In this document: piece after piece, positions 10,986 to 23,660 of the stretch | How the letters are laid out: the number at the start of each line of letters is the position of its first letter | Position numbering within the stretch: position 1 is the stretch's first letter | NCBI RefSeq assembly: GCF_001194135.2 | Contig: NC_068985.1 | Location: 71,583,825 to 71,634,486 of the forward strand | Reading direction: 5' to 3' | DNA from: Octopus bimaculoides | Taxonomy: Eukaryota | Length of the DNA stretch: 50,662 bases | Notes under the pieces: generated by a model | Database searches by the model: none | Told to the model about the DNA's origin: nothing | Seen by the model: only the letters and a program-made list of their open reading frames with translations | Made by a program: the position numbers and the translations under genes

Positions 10986-13159
10986 TTCTATGTGTATACA
11001 TCCACACACATGCACAAAGGCACCCCTTAGGAGTGCTCTGATGATAAAACATATTTCCATATATCTAATTACTTATGATCTATCTAGGCTGTGAATATCA
11101 GAACTTCTTTTAAATGATACAGGTTTAAACAGGACAATTTTAATTAGCATGTCACAATTATTGTTAGTGCTAATAATGCCACATTAAAAAGGAATGTGAC
11201 TAAATTTAAGAACATTTTGAGGAAAAAATTTATTATTTGGTATATGTTCTGATGTAAAAGGCTGGAGCTGGGTGCAGTTCTCTGATTTACCAATTCTGGT
11301 CAAACCATCTAATCTATGCCAGTATGGAAAACAAACACTAAATGTTGATGACGATGATGATGATGATGATGATGATGGTGATGACCACGACAACGATGAT
11401 CTATCTAAGTAAGAGAAGCTATTAATAACTATCTGATTATATCATCCTAAGTCCTCTTGTATTGAATACTACTGAATATTGTATAACTGATTTAGCTGAA
11501 ATGACTTTTTAAGTCATTACCGCTTAAATTGGATACCCAGTAAATGCTATTCATTATGCTCTAAACATTTTCAATGAAATTCTTGGTTATTCTAACTATC
11601 CTTGATCAAAGCTACTGAAAAACTATTGAAAGACTAGATTGATACATTCATAGCTTGTTGGTGAATAACATGAAAATGAACAGTTATTTTGAATGATGCT
11701 CAACAGAAGTAACAGATTAGTCTCATTGCCATCAAACATTGTCTGAAATATTTTAAGTTCATTGGACTTGTTACATGCAAACAGAAAAATAAAAAAACTC
11801 ATTTCACTGAGAAACTTATATGCTTACAATCAGTTTACTTATGACAGCCAAAATTTAGTTGAAAATTAATTTTTCTGGTTCTGACGGCATCATATTGAAG
11901 ACTTTCAGTTAGAGCACTTAGAGCGCTTGTGTCTGACATTTAATCAAAACAATGGCAATATCACAGTTTTGTCTGTATATCCAGAGAACAAGTCAGTCTC
12001 CCATCCTATGCATAAAATCTCAGATATCATGTATGATACAGCCAATGTTCAGTTATTTGCACTGAACAAGGAATTTTCAGCATACTATCAAAATGTAGAA
12101 GTAGCCGTAGTAGTAGTGGCAGCAGTGATGATGGTAGTAGTGGTAGTGGTGACGGCGGCGGTGGTGATGGTAGTAGTAGTAGATGTAGTTGTATGCATCC
12201 ATGTGTATCTATATGAATCCATACGCATTTATATGCATGCAACAAATCTATATATTGGCCACATGATGTCTATGGTGGTAGCGGTGGCGACAGCCGTGGT
12301 TGTTGTTGTTGTTGTTAAGGTAATTATAATGATGATAATGCAGCACGCATCAAGATATCATATGATGTTCACATTATTGGAGCAAGACCAGTTCTCCCAC
12401 CCCCAACATGAAAAGAAGAGCTAGACTGACAGATGAGATGAGCACCTATGTTAGCAGCCTCTTTTCTCTATGAAAGAAGATGCTTTGCAATTTATTTGAT
12501 AGTACCAGTCTCTAGTCTCAATTATATAATAAAACTTGCAACAATTCAGAAATTAAACGCCACAGCCCACCCATTAAGAAGCACACTTTGCCATTTTTAT
12601 ATTTGTTTAGCTTATAATGTTCTTTTTTTTTATTTCCCCACTCTCTCACTGCTCTCCCTCTCTCTCCCTCCTTACTCCCTCTCTCCTTTTTTGTTTACTT
12701 GAAAGTAATTATTTTCTTTCTTTATTTATTTATTGTTTCAGTTATTTTAGTTTTGTTGATGTAATTATTATGTAGGCCAGAGAACACAGCTGGGAGAGGC
12801 CACTTGCCCTTAGCAGCAAGTGTAATTTGAGATGTCTAGTATTCCCTGATAAACCTCAGGTGGCTGTCCCCTTACTGGGATGTTTCATTTCATTTCCTTC
12901 CTTCTATTATAATGTTGTATTCCAGCTGTTTTCTTATATGTGATTCTTTGTAAACACTTGGGTTTTTTTTTTTTGCTTTTTTTTTTTTNNNNNNNNNNNN
13001 NNNNNNNNNGTAATTTGTCCTTGCTACTAATGCTGTTATAGACATCTTTACTGTACAATGAATCTTAGACGCCATTAATAATAATAATAATGATGATGAA
13101 GATGATGATGATGATGAAGATGATGATGATGATGAAGATGATGATGATGATGATAACCA

Positions 13160-13555
13160 TTATTTCAAATTCTGGCACCAGGCCAACAATTTGGATGGAG
13201 GGGATAAGCTGAGCCAATTACATCAACCTCAGTGCTTAACTGGTACTTATTTTATTGACCCCGAAAGGATGAAAGGCAAAGTTGACCTTAGCAAAATTTG
13301 AACTCAGAACATAAAGACAGACAAAATTACCTGGCCTGCTGATGATTTTGCCGGCTCACTGCCTCATAACAACAATAATAATAATCCTTTCACCTGAAGG
13401 TACAAGGCCTCAAATTTGTGGGGTGGGGATTTGTCAATTATATCGACCCCAGTGTTTCACTGATACTTAATTTATCAACCCCCAAAATGATGAAAGGCAA
13501 AGTCAACCTCAGCGGAATTTGAACTCAGAATGTTGTGACAGGAGAAATAACAATG

Positions 13556-13620
<65 letters not shown>

Positions 13621-13760
13621 AATGATGGCTACAGATTTTGGCACAAGGCCAGTAATTTTAGGAAAGGGGATAAGTTGATTACATCAACTCCAGTGCTTAA
13701 TTAGTACTTATTTTATTGACCCCCAAAAAGATGGAAGGACAAAGTCAACCTCAGTGGAAT
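13160..13760 (-). mobile_element. Cluster of three family C SINEs separated by (GAT)n/(TAA)n
   Basis: Copies at about 13160-13367, 13385-13530 and 13632-13760, each with the GGTACTTATTTTATTGACCCC...AAGG core or a close variant. Confidence 0.8.
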
Positions 13761-13891
13761 TTCTCTATCCAAGATCCCAAGTTCAGTTATACTTTGCTGC
13801 AGATGGGTTGGTATGTATCGTGTTGCTCCGATAATGATAAGTATGAAACTGAAAGTGTATGTTGGGTACTGAATTTGCAAAATCCTTATCA

Positions 13892-14299
13892 GGCGCAGGA
13901 GTGGTTGTGTGGTAAGTAGCTTGCTCACCAACCACATGGTTCCGGGTTCAGTCCCACTGCATGGCACCTTGGGTAAGTGTTTTCTACTATAGCCTCGGGT
14001 CGACCAAAACCTTGTGAGTGGATTTGGTAGACGGAAACTGAAAGAAGCCCGTCGTATATATGTATATATATATATGTATGTGTGTGTATGTGTTTGTGTG
14101 TGTTTGCCCTACCACCATCGTTTGACAACCGATGCTGGTTTGTTTACATCCCCGTAACTTATCGGTTCGGCAGAAAGAGACCGATAGAATAAGTACTAGG
14201 CTTACAAAGAATAAGTCCTGGGGTCGATTTGCTCGACTAAAGGCGGTGCTCCAGCATGGCTGCAGTCAAATGACTGAAACAAGTAAAAGAGTAAAAGAG
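13892..14299 (+). mobile_element. Full-length composite SINE (family A), best copy in the window
   Basis: tRNA-like head with A-box-like TGGTTGTGTGG and B-box-like GGTTCAGTCCC, then CCTTGGGTAAGT (resembles the start of the CORE domain), internal (TA)n(TG)n, 3' module and GTAAAAGAGTAAAAGAG tail. Confidence 0.9.
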
Positions 14300-14951
14300 A
14301 ATGGTCCATAGATGTTTGCTTTGTCTTGTATTTTTCTAACTACATTTGTGTCCAGAGAGCAGCTGATATCCACAACAGAACATATTTTTTTATTTGTGGT
14401 CCCACACAACGGTTTAAGTGTTTTAAGTAGGTGGCTGTTTTAATTTTTAAGTTCCATCAATATTCTTTTGACCCATCAGCCTCAATATAGTCAACTTTGT
14501 AGGTATTTTCTTTTTATGTATGACATGGTGTCTAGGCAGCTCCCTGGTTGGCCAGCTTCTGTCAAACCATCCAAGCTATGCCAGTACAGAAAACAGATAT
14601 TAAACAATGGTGTTGTCTGTCTGTATGTAGGTATGTGTGTATGTAGATGCGTAGGTATGTACACACATTATTACACACTATCTTTATTGATCTATACTCC
14701 CTTTCATTTTGACCAGCTTCATTCACCATTTGATAATTATAAGCCTTAATTAAACTATAAACCTTAATTAAAAACTATAAACCTTAATTATATGTTTTGT
14801 TTAACTTACCCACACACTTTAAGCTGCCTCTGATAAAACTTTGAAATCACTGTCAATAAAATGTTATGAATACTAGAATCTATATGTGCATTGAGTCCTT
14901 CAATTAAGGTTTATAGCTTTTATGTATTTAAAAACAGTTATCTTTCTCTCT

Positions 14952-14990
<39 letters not shown>

Positions 14991-15107
14991 NNNNNNNNNN
15001 NNNNNNNNNNNNNNNNNNNNNNNNNNNNNNNNNNNNNNNNNNNNNNNNNNNNNNNNNNNNNNNNNNNNNNNNNNNNNNNNNNNNNNNNNNNNNNNNNNNN
15101 NNNNNNN

Positions 15108-15175
<68 letters not shown>

Positions 15176-15184
15176 CATTCTCAG

Positions 15185-15360
15185 TGAAGATTTGTATTTC
15201 CCTAGAACTTCTCTTGTTGAAACTGCAGACTACAAAGTTCTTCATGTTTCATCCTGCATCCTATTCGTACATGTAAAATAAAATCTTGCACTGCCATATT
15301 TCTGTAAAAATGGTAATCTCATCTGAACAACTCAGCATGTGTGTGTGTGATGGTGAGGGA
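15185..15360. repeat. Unclassified old dispersed repeat, copy 1 (copy 2 at 34417-34590)
   Basis: GAAG.(C/T)TTGTATTTC.CTAGAA.TT.TCTTGTTGAAA.TG.AGACTACAAA...CTTCATGTTTCAT.CTGCATCCTAT.CGTACATGTAA is shared by both copies in the same orientation. Confidence 0.75.
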
Positions 15361-15904
15361 GAGACTTCAAAAGAAGTTCTTTTGCAAAAGACCATCAGCT
15401 GAATATATTAAAAGCTTTATTTTTTTTTCTAACAGTTTTTCTAATCTAGCATTATGTGGGATGGTTTGTAACAAATCTGGATTCCTGCAAATTTGCATAA
15501 TTTTGAAGCAATTGTTTTCGCAGCTGGATGGGTGATCTTCCTACCAGTAATCAGTCAACTGTAAATAATGGAGAGAACCTGTTATTCAATCAGCCTGACT
15601 GTTGCAAACATAATTATGAGATTTGGCCAGGAGTACAACATATCTGTACTCGGATTGGATTTCAAAACCATGTGGTCAGCCATCCAATACTTTAACTTAA
15701 TAATTACTGGTTTATTTTGACTACTGAGGAGTCTGGTTTTTAACAGTTGACAATTCTAACTAATGGTTAAGCAGATTTAGAGTTTAGGAATTTTATTACG
15801 GTGCATTCGTGTATATATGTTGTGTAGGTGTTTGTATGTGTATTTATGAAAAAATGGTTTATTCGCAGTCATGAAGTTGGGGTTTAATCCAACTCTACAG
15901 CACC

Positions 15905-16125
15905 TTACATAAGATAGATACAGAAAAGTTACCTTCTCGAATCATGCTGACTCATAAGGGCCAATTTTCCAGCTTCCATGGCTTATAAATTCCCCACCTG
16001 AATGGACTGGAACAAAGTAAAATGAAGTGTTTTGATCAATAATACAACACATCGCCCACTCCAGGAATTGAAACCACAACCTTACGATCATAAGTTCAAC
16101 ACCCTAACCACTAAGTCATGCACCT
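15905..16125 (-). mobile_element. tRNA-derived SINE family E
   Basis: Minus strand head GGTGCATGACTTAGTGGTTAGGGTGTTGAAC...GGTTTCAATTCC has A- and B-box-like motifs and is homologous to 41330-41490. Confidence 0.7.
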
Positions 16126-16585
16126 CTATGCACCTTACATAAGTGTAATATACAATAGTCTTGAATTGACCCAAGCATTGTGAGACGAAACTAAGTAAAT
16201 TCAATTGTGTGCAAGCTTGTTATATTTCTGTTGATCCTAAAACTAGAATGTCTGTCAGGAAAACTAGAAGAGGACCCATTTATTTCACTTATGGAGAATT
16301 GAATGACTCCCATAATGTTAGATGGTGTCACTTTGCAGGTAATGAAGACATCAATGACTTGGTAGTCTCAAACATCCTCCCGCAACAAATACCTCTATTT
16401 CTTTACTCTCTTACTGTTTTCAGTCATTGAACTGGGGCCATCTTGAGGAACTATTCCTAAAGCTTTTAATCAATTATATTGATTTCATAAATTTGTTTGC
16501 TTCTTATTTTATCGATTTCTAGATATTAAGAGAGTTTCTATCCTTTACAGATGTATATAATACCTATTTACACTAGTTGACACAA

Positions 16586-16631
<46 letters not shown>

Positions 16632-17139
16632 TTACATGCATACACATATACACACAGTCACTTGCATTCATCCATACAGACACATGCACGTTTGTGTATG
16701 TGTGCGCATACATGTTCTACATGGTTTCTGTCAACAAAATTTATTTTACAATCCAAGACATTGATTGAACAGACTTCCCAAAGAAGCCATAACTAAGTGA
16801 TTGCAAAGTGAACTTTCTTGCCTGTTCCCATAGCCACTCCCACACATACTTTGTATGACCTAGAAAAAAAAAAAACATTTTCATAGGTTCTCTGAGAATC
16901 AATGATATTTGATGTCAGTTTGTGGGATCTTACATATAAAATGTGACAGGAATGAGAGACCTGCAATGTAGTTGTATACAACTTGCACTGGGATTAAAAA
17001 CTGAATATTATAAACAAAAACAATGTTTGTAATATTGAAGGCGATTTGTTATATATGCTTAGAGCATATTCAAACTTGTAGAAAGCCATTCACTGCATTT
17101 TGTCATGGAGAAAATTTCTTGCTATAAAAAATGGGGTAA

Positions 17140-17560
17140 CTAACTGGCACTTCGTCAGATACAACAATGAAGGTTGATCCAGTCAATGGAACAGGTTGCT
17201 CATGAAACTAACATGCATGTGGCTGAGCACTCGACAGACAAACCTTTAACCCTTTCGTTACTGTATTTATTTTGAGATACTCTGTGTTTCTTTCAATTAC
17301 TTTAAATATAACAAATAATTTTGTAAAATAACTTAGATATCATTCAGCTAGTGTTAGAAACATAAATTATGATTAAGGTTTGGTGGAAGATTTTAATTCA
17401 AAACTTATGAAAACAAGACATTTTTACTCAGAGCTAGAACCAGTTTCAGCCGGGTTGGTAGCGAAAGGGTTAATGCAGATCTCGAGGAGATTCAACATAA
17501 CACAGAATGCAACAAGGCTGGGAATTGAGCCAAATACACTAACCACCAAAACACGAGCCT
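17140..17560 (-). mobile_element. SINE family E interrupted by a piggyBac-type MITE
   Basis: The flanks join to match the uninterrupted copy at 41200-41330, which has a single TTAA at the equivalent position. Confidence 0.75.
17250..17469. mobile_element. piggyBac-type MITE (family P2), 220 bp
   Basis: TTAA TSD at 17246-17249 and 17470-17473; termini CCCTTTCGTTAC / GTAGCGAAAGGG (11 of 12 match). Confidence 0.85.
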
Positions 17561-19461
17561 TCATTTGAAAAATGGTGTAAATACACCTAAAACCAGCTCA
17601 CAGTGCCACCCACCCAGATTGTGAGATGCAAGCATTCCAGAATAGTTATCTCAGTGTCTGTGACTGAGAGGAGATAACCAATCCAAAATGCATGCATCTC
17701 ACAGTCTGAGCAGGTGGCCCTTCAAGCTGATTTTTTGTGCATTTACACCATTTGTCTACAGCAAGAAATTTTCTCCTTAACAAGACATAGTGAATGGCTT
17801 ATTTACGAGTTCAAACATGCCCCAAGCATATTTGAACTGATAATAACCTTGTACTTATACTCTTCACTGCTTTGCACTGCCATTCTGTGATTTGTTATTG
17901 TTGTAAGCATTTACTTACAAGTCAGATTCGATCCAGCAGAACTATGTTCAAATGTGTTCCAACCATGACTATTGCATTGTAATTGGAGGGAGATTTGGTC
18001 TTGTTACTTTGTAGCAGGCTGAATGGCCACCATGAGTAGCCACCACGTCGAAGTTTCTTTCATTGATTCAATGAAACCGATGATGGAAATGATGGTGAAG
18101 TGCTTGCTGATGAAGATGATGAGTGATGAATATATTTTCCTGCAGTTTTTTTCTTTTACATGTGTGTAGGTGTAGGGGTGGAGTGAGATGGGTGTTTCTA
18201 GAATAAGCCATTATTTCGACTGAGTAAATGCAACAGAAGAGTAAGCATACATATCACTTCTCATTTAAGAAGTTGTCATTTTTGGGCAAGATGTTCAGCA
18301 GAAAATCACATGCTCCAACAATCCAAAATTAAATTTCAGCAATCAAATATTGAAATCTTCAATGGAAGAACAAACATTCAGCCAATGAAATCCACAGATT
18401 TAAATCAAAATAAATATATAAATAAAAAACTGAAAAAAGAAAGAAAAGAAAGCAGAAATAAAGGCAAGCCCCTCCCCTGAAAAAAATCAAAAATGTTAAA
18501 GAAATAATAATAAACAATCCCAAGATACAAAAAGCAAAATGAAAAATAAAAATGTAATTAAGATTTATAACCCATCATTGTCATGCCCACCACCACCATC
18601 AATGCTTACATCATTAATATCACCACCACTCACACCACCAATACCATCACCACCCCCACTCAATACCATCATTACCTCTAGTAATACCATTATCTCGATT
18701 TATCCCACCACGAACAACAGCGACAACAGTACCAACAATACCCCATCATCAGCACAAACATCATATCCACCACCATTCCCAACACCACAACAACTACCAC
18801 TACTATGACCACCACACCTCAAACAACAGCAGCAACAACATTGTTGCGAACCATGATTCGTGGCAGACAACATCTGTTTGACATTTCAGAATCCTATAGG
18901 CAATTCATTCAATTTCTGTTAGAATTTTAGTTGCAAATCATGTGGAGAAATTTCATGGTTTGAGCTTGTTACATTGTGCATTAGACATGGATACAGGATG
19001 CTCTCATTTTGATACAAGTTTAACGTATTGCCTGAAAGAACGACAACAACAACAACAACAATGACGATGATGATGACAATGATGATGATGATGAAGCTGC
19101 TACTGCTGCTGCTGCTGTTGATGATGTTGAGCCCAAGATCAACTTTGAGAAGATTCATGATCAAAAATGACCCAGTCATGACTGTCCAGCTTTTCCCAGA
19201 TATCTAGGGCTATATTATTATCTGTGTCCTTTCTTTCTTTAAATGAACAATTGGGTGTTATGATTTGAGAAAGATTTTTGGTTACTTCTTTCTGGTAGAT
19301 CAAGAGACTACAGAGAGGCTTCACTCAGTGATTAAAATTTGGAGGATGTTCAGGATAGCGTCTAAATAACTACTGCAGTATAGTTTGTTCTAACAGTACA
19401 TCTATATTCAAGTGGGGATAAATATTACCTTTCAGTATTAATACTTCCTTTGTCCCTAATA

Positions 19462-19754
19462 CTCTTTTACTTGTTTCAGTCATTTGACTGTGGCCATGCT
19501 GGAGCACCACCTTTAGTCGAGTAAATCGACCCCAGGACTTATTCTTTGGATGCTTAGTACTTATTCTATCAGTTTCTTTTGCCGAACCGCTAGGTTACGA
19601 GGACGTAAACACGCCACCATCGGTTGTCAAGCGATGTTGGGGGGACAAACACAGACACACATACACACACACACACACANNNNNNNNNNNNNNNNNNNNN
19701 NNNNNNNNNNNNNNNNNNNNNNNNNNNNNNNNNCCACACAGCCACTCCTGCGCC
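19462..19754 (-). mobile_element. Composite SINE family A (part lies in the 19680-19733 gap)
   Basis: 3' module and extreme 5' head are visible on either side of the gap; short TAATA duplication at both flanks. Confidence 0.85.
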
Positions 19755-22164
19755 TAATATATATTTTTTAACAAGCTCACTGATTAGTTGTGACACCAGT
19801 GCCTATTCTGCCAAATCACCACCTTTATAGTCCCTTGAACACCACCATGAATTCCCCCTTGTTTTTCAAAAATCCCCCCTAAATCACCAAATAATGGGGG
19901 GAAATCTGCCCTACTTTTCAAATCCTGGCAGCAACACTGTAGCTGAAAGCAGGATAATCTAATTCTACACTTTATCACATTCAAGAATATAAACATGCTT
20001 TTAAGCACATCACACACGGGGTCGAAAATAAACACTACCTTTTACCAGCACACCAGGGTTGACACTGCATGAACAACAGTGCTCTCTCTCCCTAGAGTGC
20101 AGGTCCTTTTCTCAGACATGTGAGCATGCACACAATAACCAAACACAGTGTCGCTGGAACTGGGAAGGGCACAGTTCTCTACAAGGATTTTTGTATTTTT
20201 TTATAACCTAAGGGGATGGCTACTGATATTAAGCTTAAGGATTATATAATGTACAAGTATAAAGAAAGAATTAAAGAAAGAAGGAGTCATTATATTGAAT
20301 GTTATCAATAATATCAAGTGGAAATAGGGGGTGCTGCTGTCCCACAGTGACTATACATGAGCCACCAATGTGTTAGATACTTTAATAATCACTGGAAAGA
20401 CGAATTCTTGACCAGAATTAATTAGAGATACTGGTCTTTCTCCTCATTAAAATTCCATGGTTTATTACATTAATTAACACTTACTTCACTATTTATCTTT
20501 TATGCAGCAGGCACCCTTGAATGTATATTTTGTCATTCTTATAAGTTATCACACCAATCAGTATTTATTCACTAAAATCCTATATGACTCCCTAATCTTC
20601 TAGAATATGGTAGGAGTAGTTAGGCTATGCTTCACTGATGAGGTCTAATAAGGCTAGAACATGTCTGACATTAACACGATACCACTAAACGTCAGACTTG
20701 ATCCTCACTGTAATCTATTATTAATTAATTTTAATTTTGCAGTTGTCTCTCATTTATTGACAAAATTTAATGAAGATAATCATTATTTCTCCTTACTACA
20801 GGCATAATTATAATTAATAAACACCTCTTGACTCACTACATTAAATATGTCAGCAATGACTTAAGTATGTATTTTTCATACAGCAGACGACTCTGGGTGT
20901 TACTTTCAGTTATTTTTATAAACTAAGCCACAAATTTCAAATGTATGTCAAATATTCTAGCTGAGATGGTGTCATTGCCTTTATATGTATATATATATAC
21001 ATAGACAATAACCAGAGTTGAAAGGGTTGTGATAGATTGATACTAGCCTGGATTGATCTTGATTCTTCCTTAATTGTTCTCCCTTAGTCTCAAAATAAAC
21101 TTCTCTATATATAATAAGGCCATATTCCCATATTCTATAAAACTAACTATTCACTATTTCAGCAAATGTGTCATATACATACAAGCATCTAATAAGTTCT
21201 CTTATCATCAGGTTGTGAACTGATAATCTTTGATGTGAGTTCCACTGGGATGCAGCATCTGCCTGGCCTTATTTTATGTTTATCAGCATCACTACCCAGC
21301 AATCATATTGAGCAACAGTGTTTGTGTGTGTGTGAAAGTGTGGGTATGTGGGAGTGTAAAGGAAGGAGGTGGGGTTAGATAGAAGCTGAGCTGTGAAATT
21401 ACATTTCATTCATCTCACCACTTCTAAGATCAATATCAGCAACATCTACCAAAACAACCATTTACTACTATTACTACTATTACAACTACTACTACTACTA
21501 CTACTACATCTAATACTACATCTATCACAAACACCATCATTTCCTCTGTCTTCCTCATCATCATCCTCCTCCTTATCATCACCATCACTACCACCAGCAT
21601 CAGAAAAGAGCAAAAATCTTTAATGCTGCCAAAATATAAATAAAAACTTCTGGAATTCTATTTACCAAATATGATTTTTAAACAAAATAAATAAATGAAT
21701 CATCTAGCTACTGTTGTTGGCAGTAGCATTTTTTTTAGCCTGTCTTAAGTTAGCCTTTGTTGAGCAAACTTCTAATTAAAGACATTCTAAAAGTGACCAT
21801 CCTGGATATCTGTCCTCACCCCCACCCCAGTTATAGTAAAATCTTAGACCCTATTATCTCATTTATCCATTTTTTCTTCTAATATTGTGAGGTATGATTT
21901 GGCTGCTATTTCAAGAAGGTCAAGTGACTGCGAAAGGACTCTTTAGTTTTATTTATATGTTTTGCTTAATCATTTTGATATTCATGACTGAGACACATCA
22001 CACGTTTTGCTCATATCTTAATTAGGTTTAGCCAATTTCAGTTCCTTACTTATAATCCACCCAACCACAGCTTCTCCATATACAATTTGACTTAAAAGAC
22101 TTCTCAATATTTTAAATTCTTTTTTGATCAAAACACCATCTCAAGTGGCATCCAAATGGTTTAC

Positions 22165-22318
22165 ATCTGCAGGCTCAATTGGTACTTATTATATCAATCT
22201 CTGAAAGGATGAAAGGCAAAGTCAACCTCAATGGTATTTGAACTCAAAACATAAGGAACCAGAAGAATGATGCTAAACATTTTGTCCGGTTTTGTCCGGT
22301 GTGTTAATGATTCTACCT
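22165..22318 (-). mobile_element. Family C SINE, older copy
   Basis: GGTACTTATTATATCAATCTCTGAAAGGATGAAAGGCAAAGTCAACCTCAATGGTATTTGAACTC core. Confidence 0.75.
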
Positions 22319-22371
22319 GTAATGCCTTCTATATTTCAACATCTTGCCTCTCACAATATAGAAACATTTCT

Positions 22372-22585
22372 AAGGTGGTGAGCTGGCAGAAACATTAGCA
22401 TGTCAGACGAAATGCTTAACGGTATTTCATCTGTCTTTATGTTCTGAGTTCAAATTCCACCAAAGTTGACTTCACCTTGCATCCTTTCGGGGTCGATAAA
22501 TTAAGTACCAGTTGCGTACTGGGGTTGATCCAATCAACTGGCCCCTTCCCCAAAAATTTCAGGCCTTGTGCCTAGAGTAGAAAAG
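22372..22585 (+). mobile_element. Full-length family C SINE with 17 bp TSD
   Basis: AATATAGAAACATTTCT at 22355-22371 and 22586-22602; head AAGGTGGTGAGCTGGCAG, B-box-like GAGTTCAAATTCC. Confidence 0.92.
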
Positions 22586-23026
22586 AATATAGAAACATTT
22601 CTCATAGCTGCAGCAGACAAAATGGAAAAGGCATTTCTCTGGAAGATGGTGATGGAGATGCAAGTTATTCTGGAATCCAGTTTGCAAAAGCTGATGAGTC
22701 AAAAACTACAAAAGGTTATCTTGTAATAGTTCTGTTAAGGAATCAGGTTCTATTTATACAACTGACCTTGATATAATGTTTGCTTATGGTGATATCAACT
22801 TTACTGTTTTATGCAAGATAAATTTTGTTGCTGATGTCAAGTAACTCTATACTTTGCCTGTCCTTCATTCAGCATCTCTCAGGTCAGCTCCATCTTTACC
22901 AAAGATTTTTTGCTTCTTGTCTGGATTTTGTGTCTGCCTGAACTAGACTTCCCACCCAAGTTTACTCTATATCACAATCTTAATTGATCTTGTGCTTATG
23001 TAGCTTAAAAAACTTAACCACTAACC

Positions 23027-23317
23027 CTTTAGTATTCACATTACTCTGTCAAATGTAATAATTATTTTATCTTTTTCTTTTTTTCCTTTTGTTTCGGTCA
23101 TAAGGCTGTGGACATGCTGGAGCACCACCTTCAATTTTTAGTTGAAGGAATTGACTCCAGTACTTAATTTTTTTAATCTGGTACATATTTTATCAGTCAC
23201 TTTTGGCAAACTGTTAAGTTACAGGATGTGAACACACCAACACCAGTTGTCAAGTGATGGTGGTGGTGGTGGGACAAACACAGACACAAAGTCATAAACT
23301 CATATATATACACGCAC

Positions 23318-23373
<56 letters not shown>

Positions 23374-23660
23374 AATGGACTTCTTTCAGTTTCTATCTAC
23401 CAAATCCACTCAGAAGGCTTTGGTCAGCCCAAGGCTATAGTAGAAGACACTTGCCCAAGGTACCATGCAGTGGGACTGAACCTGGAACCATGTGGTTGGG
23501 AGGCAAGCTTCTTACTACACAGCCATGATTGGTTTAAAAAGATGTGATTGTTTACTTTTAGAATGACATTGAAAGGTAGGTGCAAGAAGCTAGATGTGGC
23601 CAGTTTGAACATAAAATAGGTAGAATATTTTGGCCAGATATGGCCAGTTTTAGATGTTTA
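23027..23660 (+). mobile_element. piggyBac-type MITE (family P1) split by a family A SINE
   Basis: Left part CCCTTTAGTATTCACATTACTCTGTCAAATGTAA and right part ...TTAGAATGACATT...GGCCAGATATGGCCAGTTT match 41685-41905. Confidence 0.7.
23085..23527 (-). mobile_element. Composite SINE family A
   Basis: Head, internal (TA)n(TG)n and 3' module are all present. Confidence 0.85.

Noticed and set aside
11885-12424. 165 aa ORF (CLTFNQNNGNITVLSVYPENK...)
   Set aside because: The non-repetitive first part resembles nothing I recognise and has no convincing splice sites; the rest is GTA/GTG microsatellite.
13892-13970. tRNA genes at SINE heads (also 16050-16125 and 41420-41490)
   Set aside because: A/B-box-like motifs are present, but I see no full cloverleaf and each runs into a SINE body.
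16331-16344. TTTGCAG|GTAATG as a second ratchet point, or the end of an exon in ORF 16209-16430
   Set aside because: Short pyrimidine tract, an upstream AG close by, and an unrecognised peptide.
18539-18840. Pro/Thr/Asn-rich ORF 18539-18808
   Set aside because: Degenerate (CAC)/(CAA) low-complexity sequence with no splice or homology support.
19797-19939. Possible hAT-type MITE (CAGTG...CACTG)
   Set aside because: The terminal match is short and gapped and there is no 8 bp TSD.
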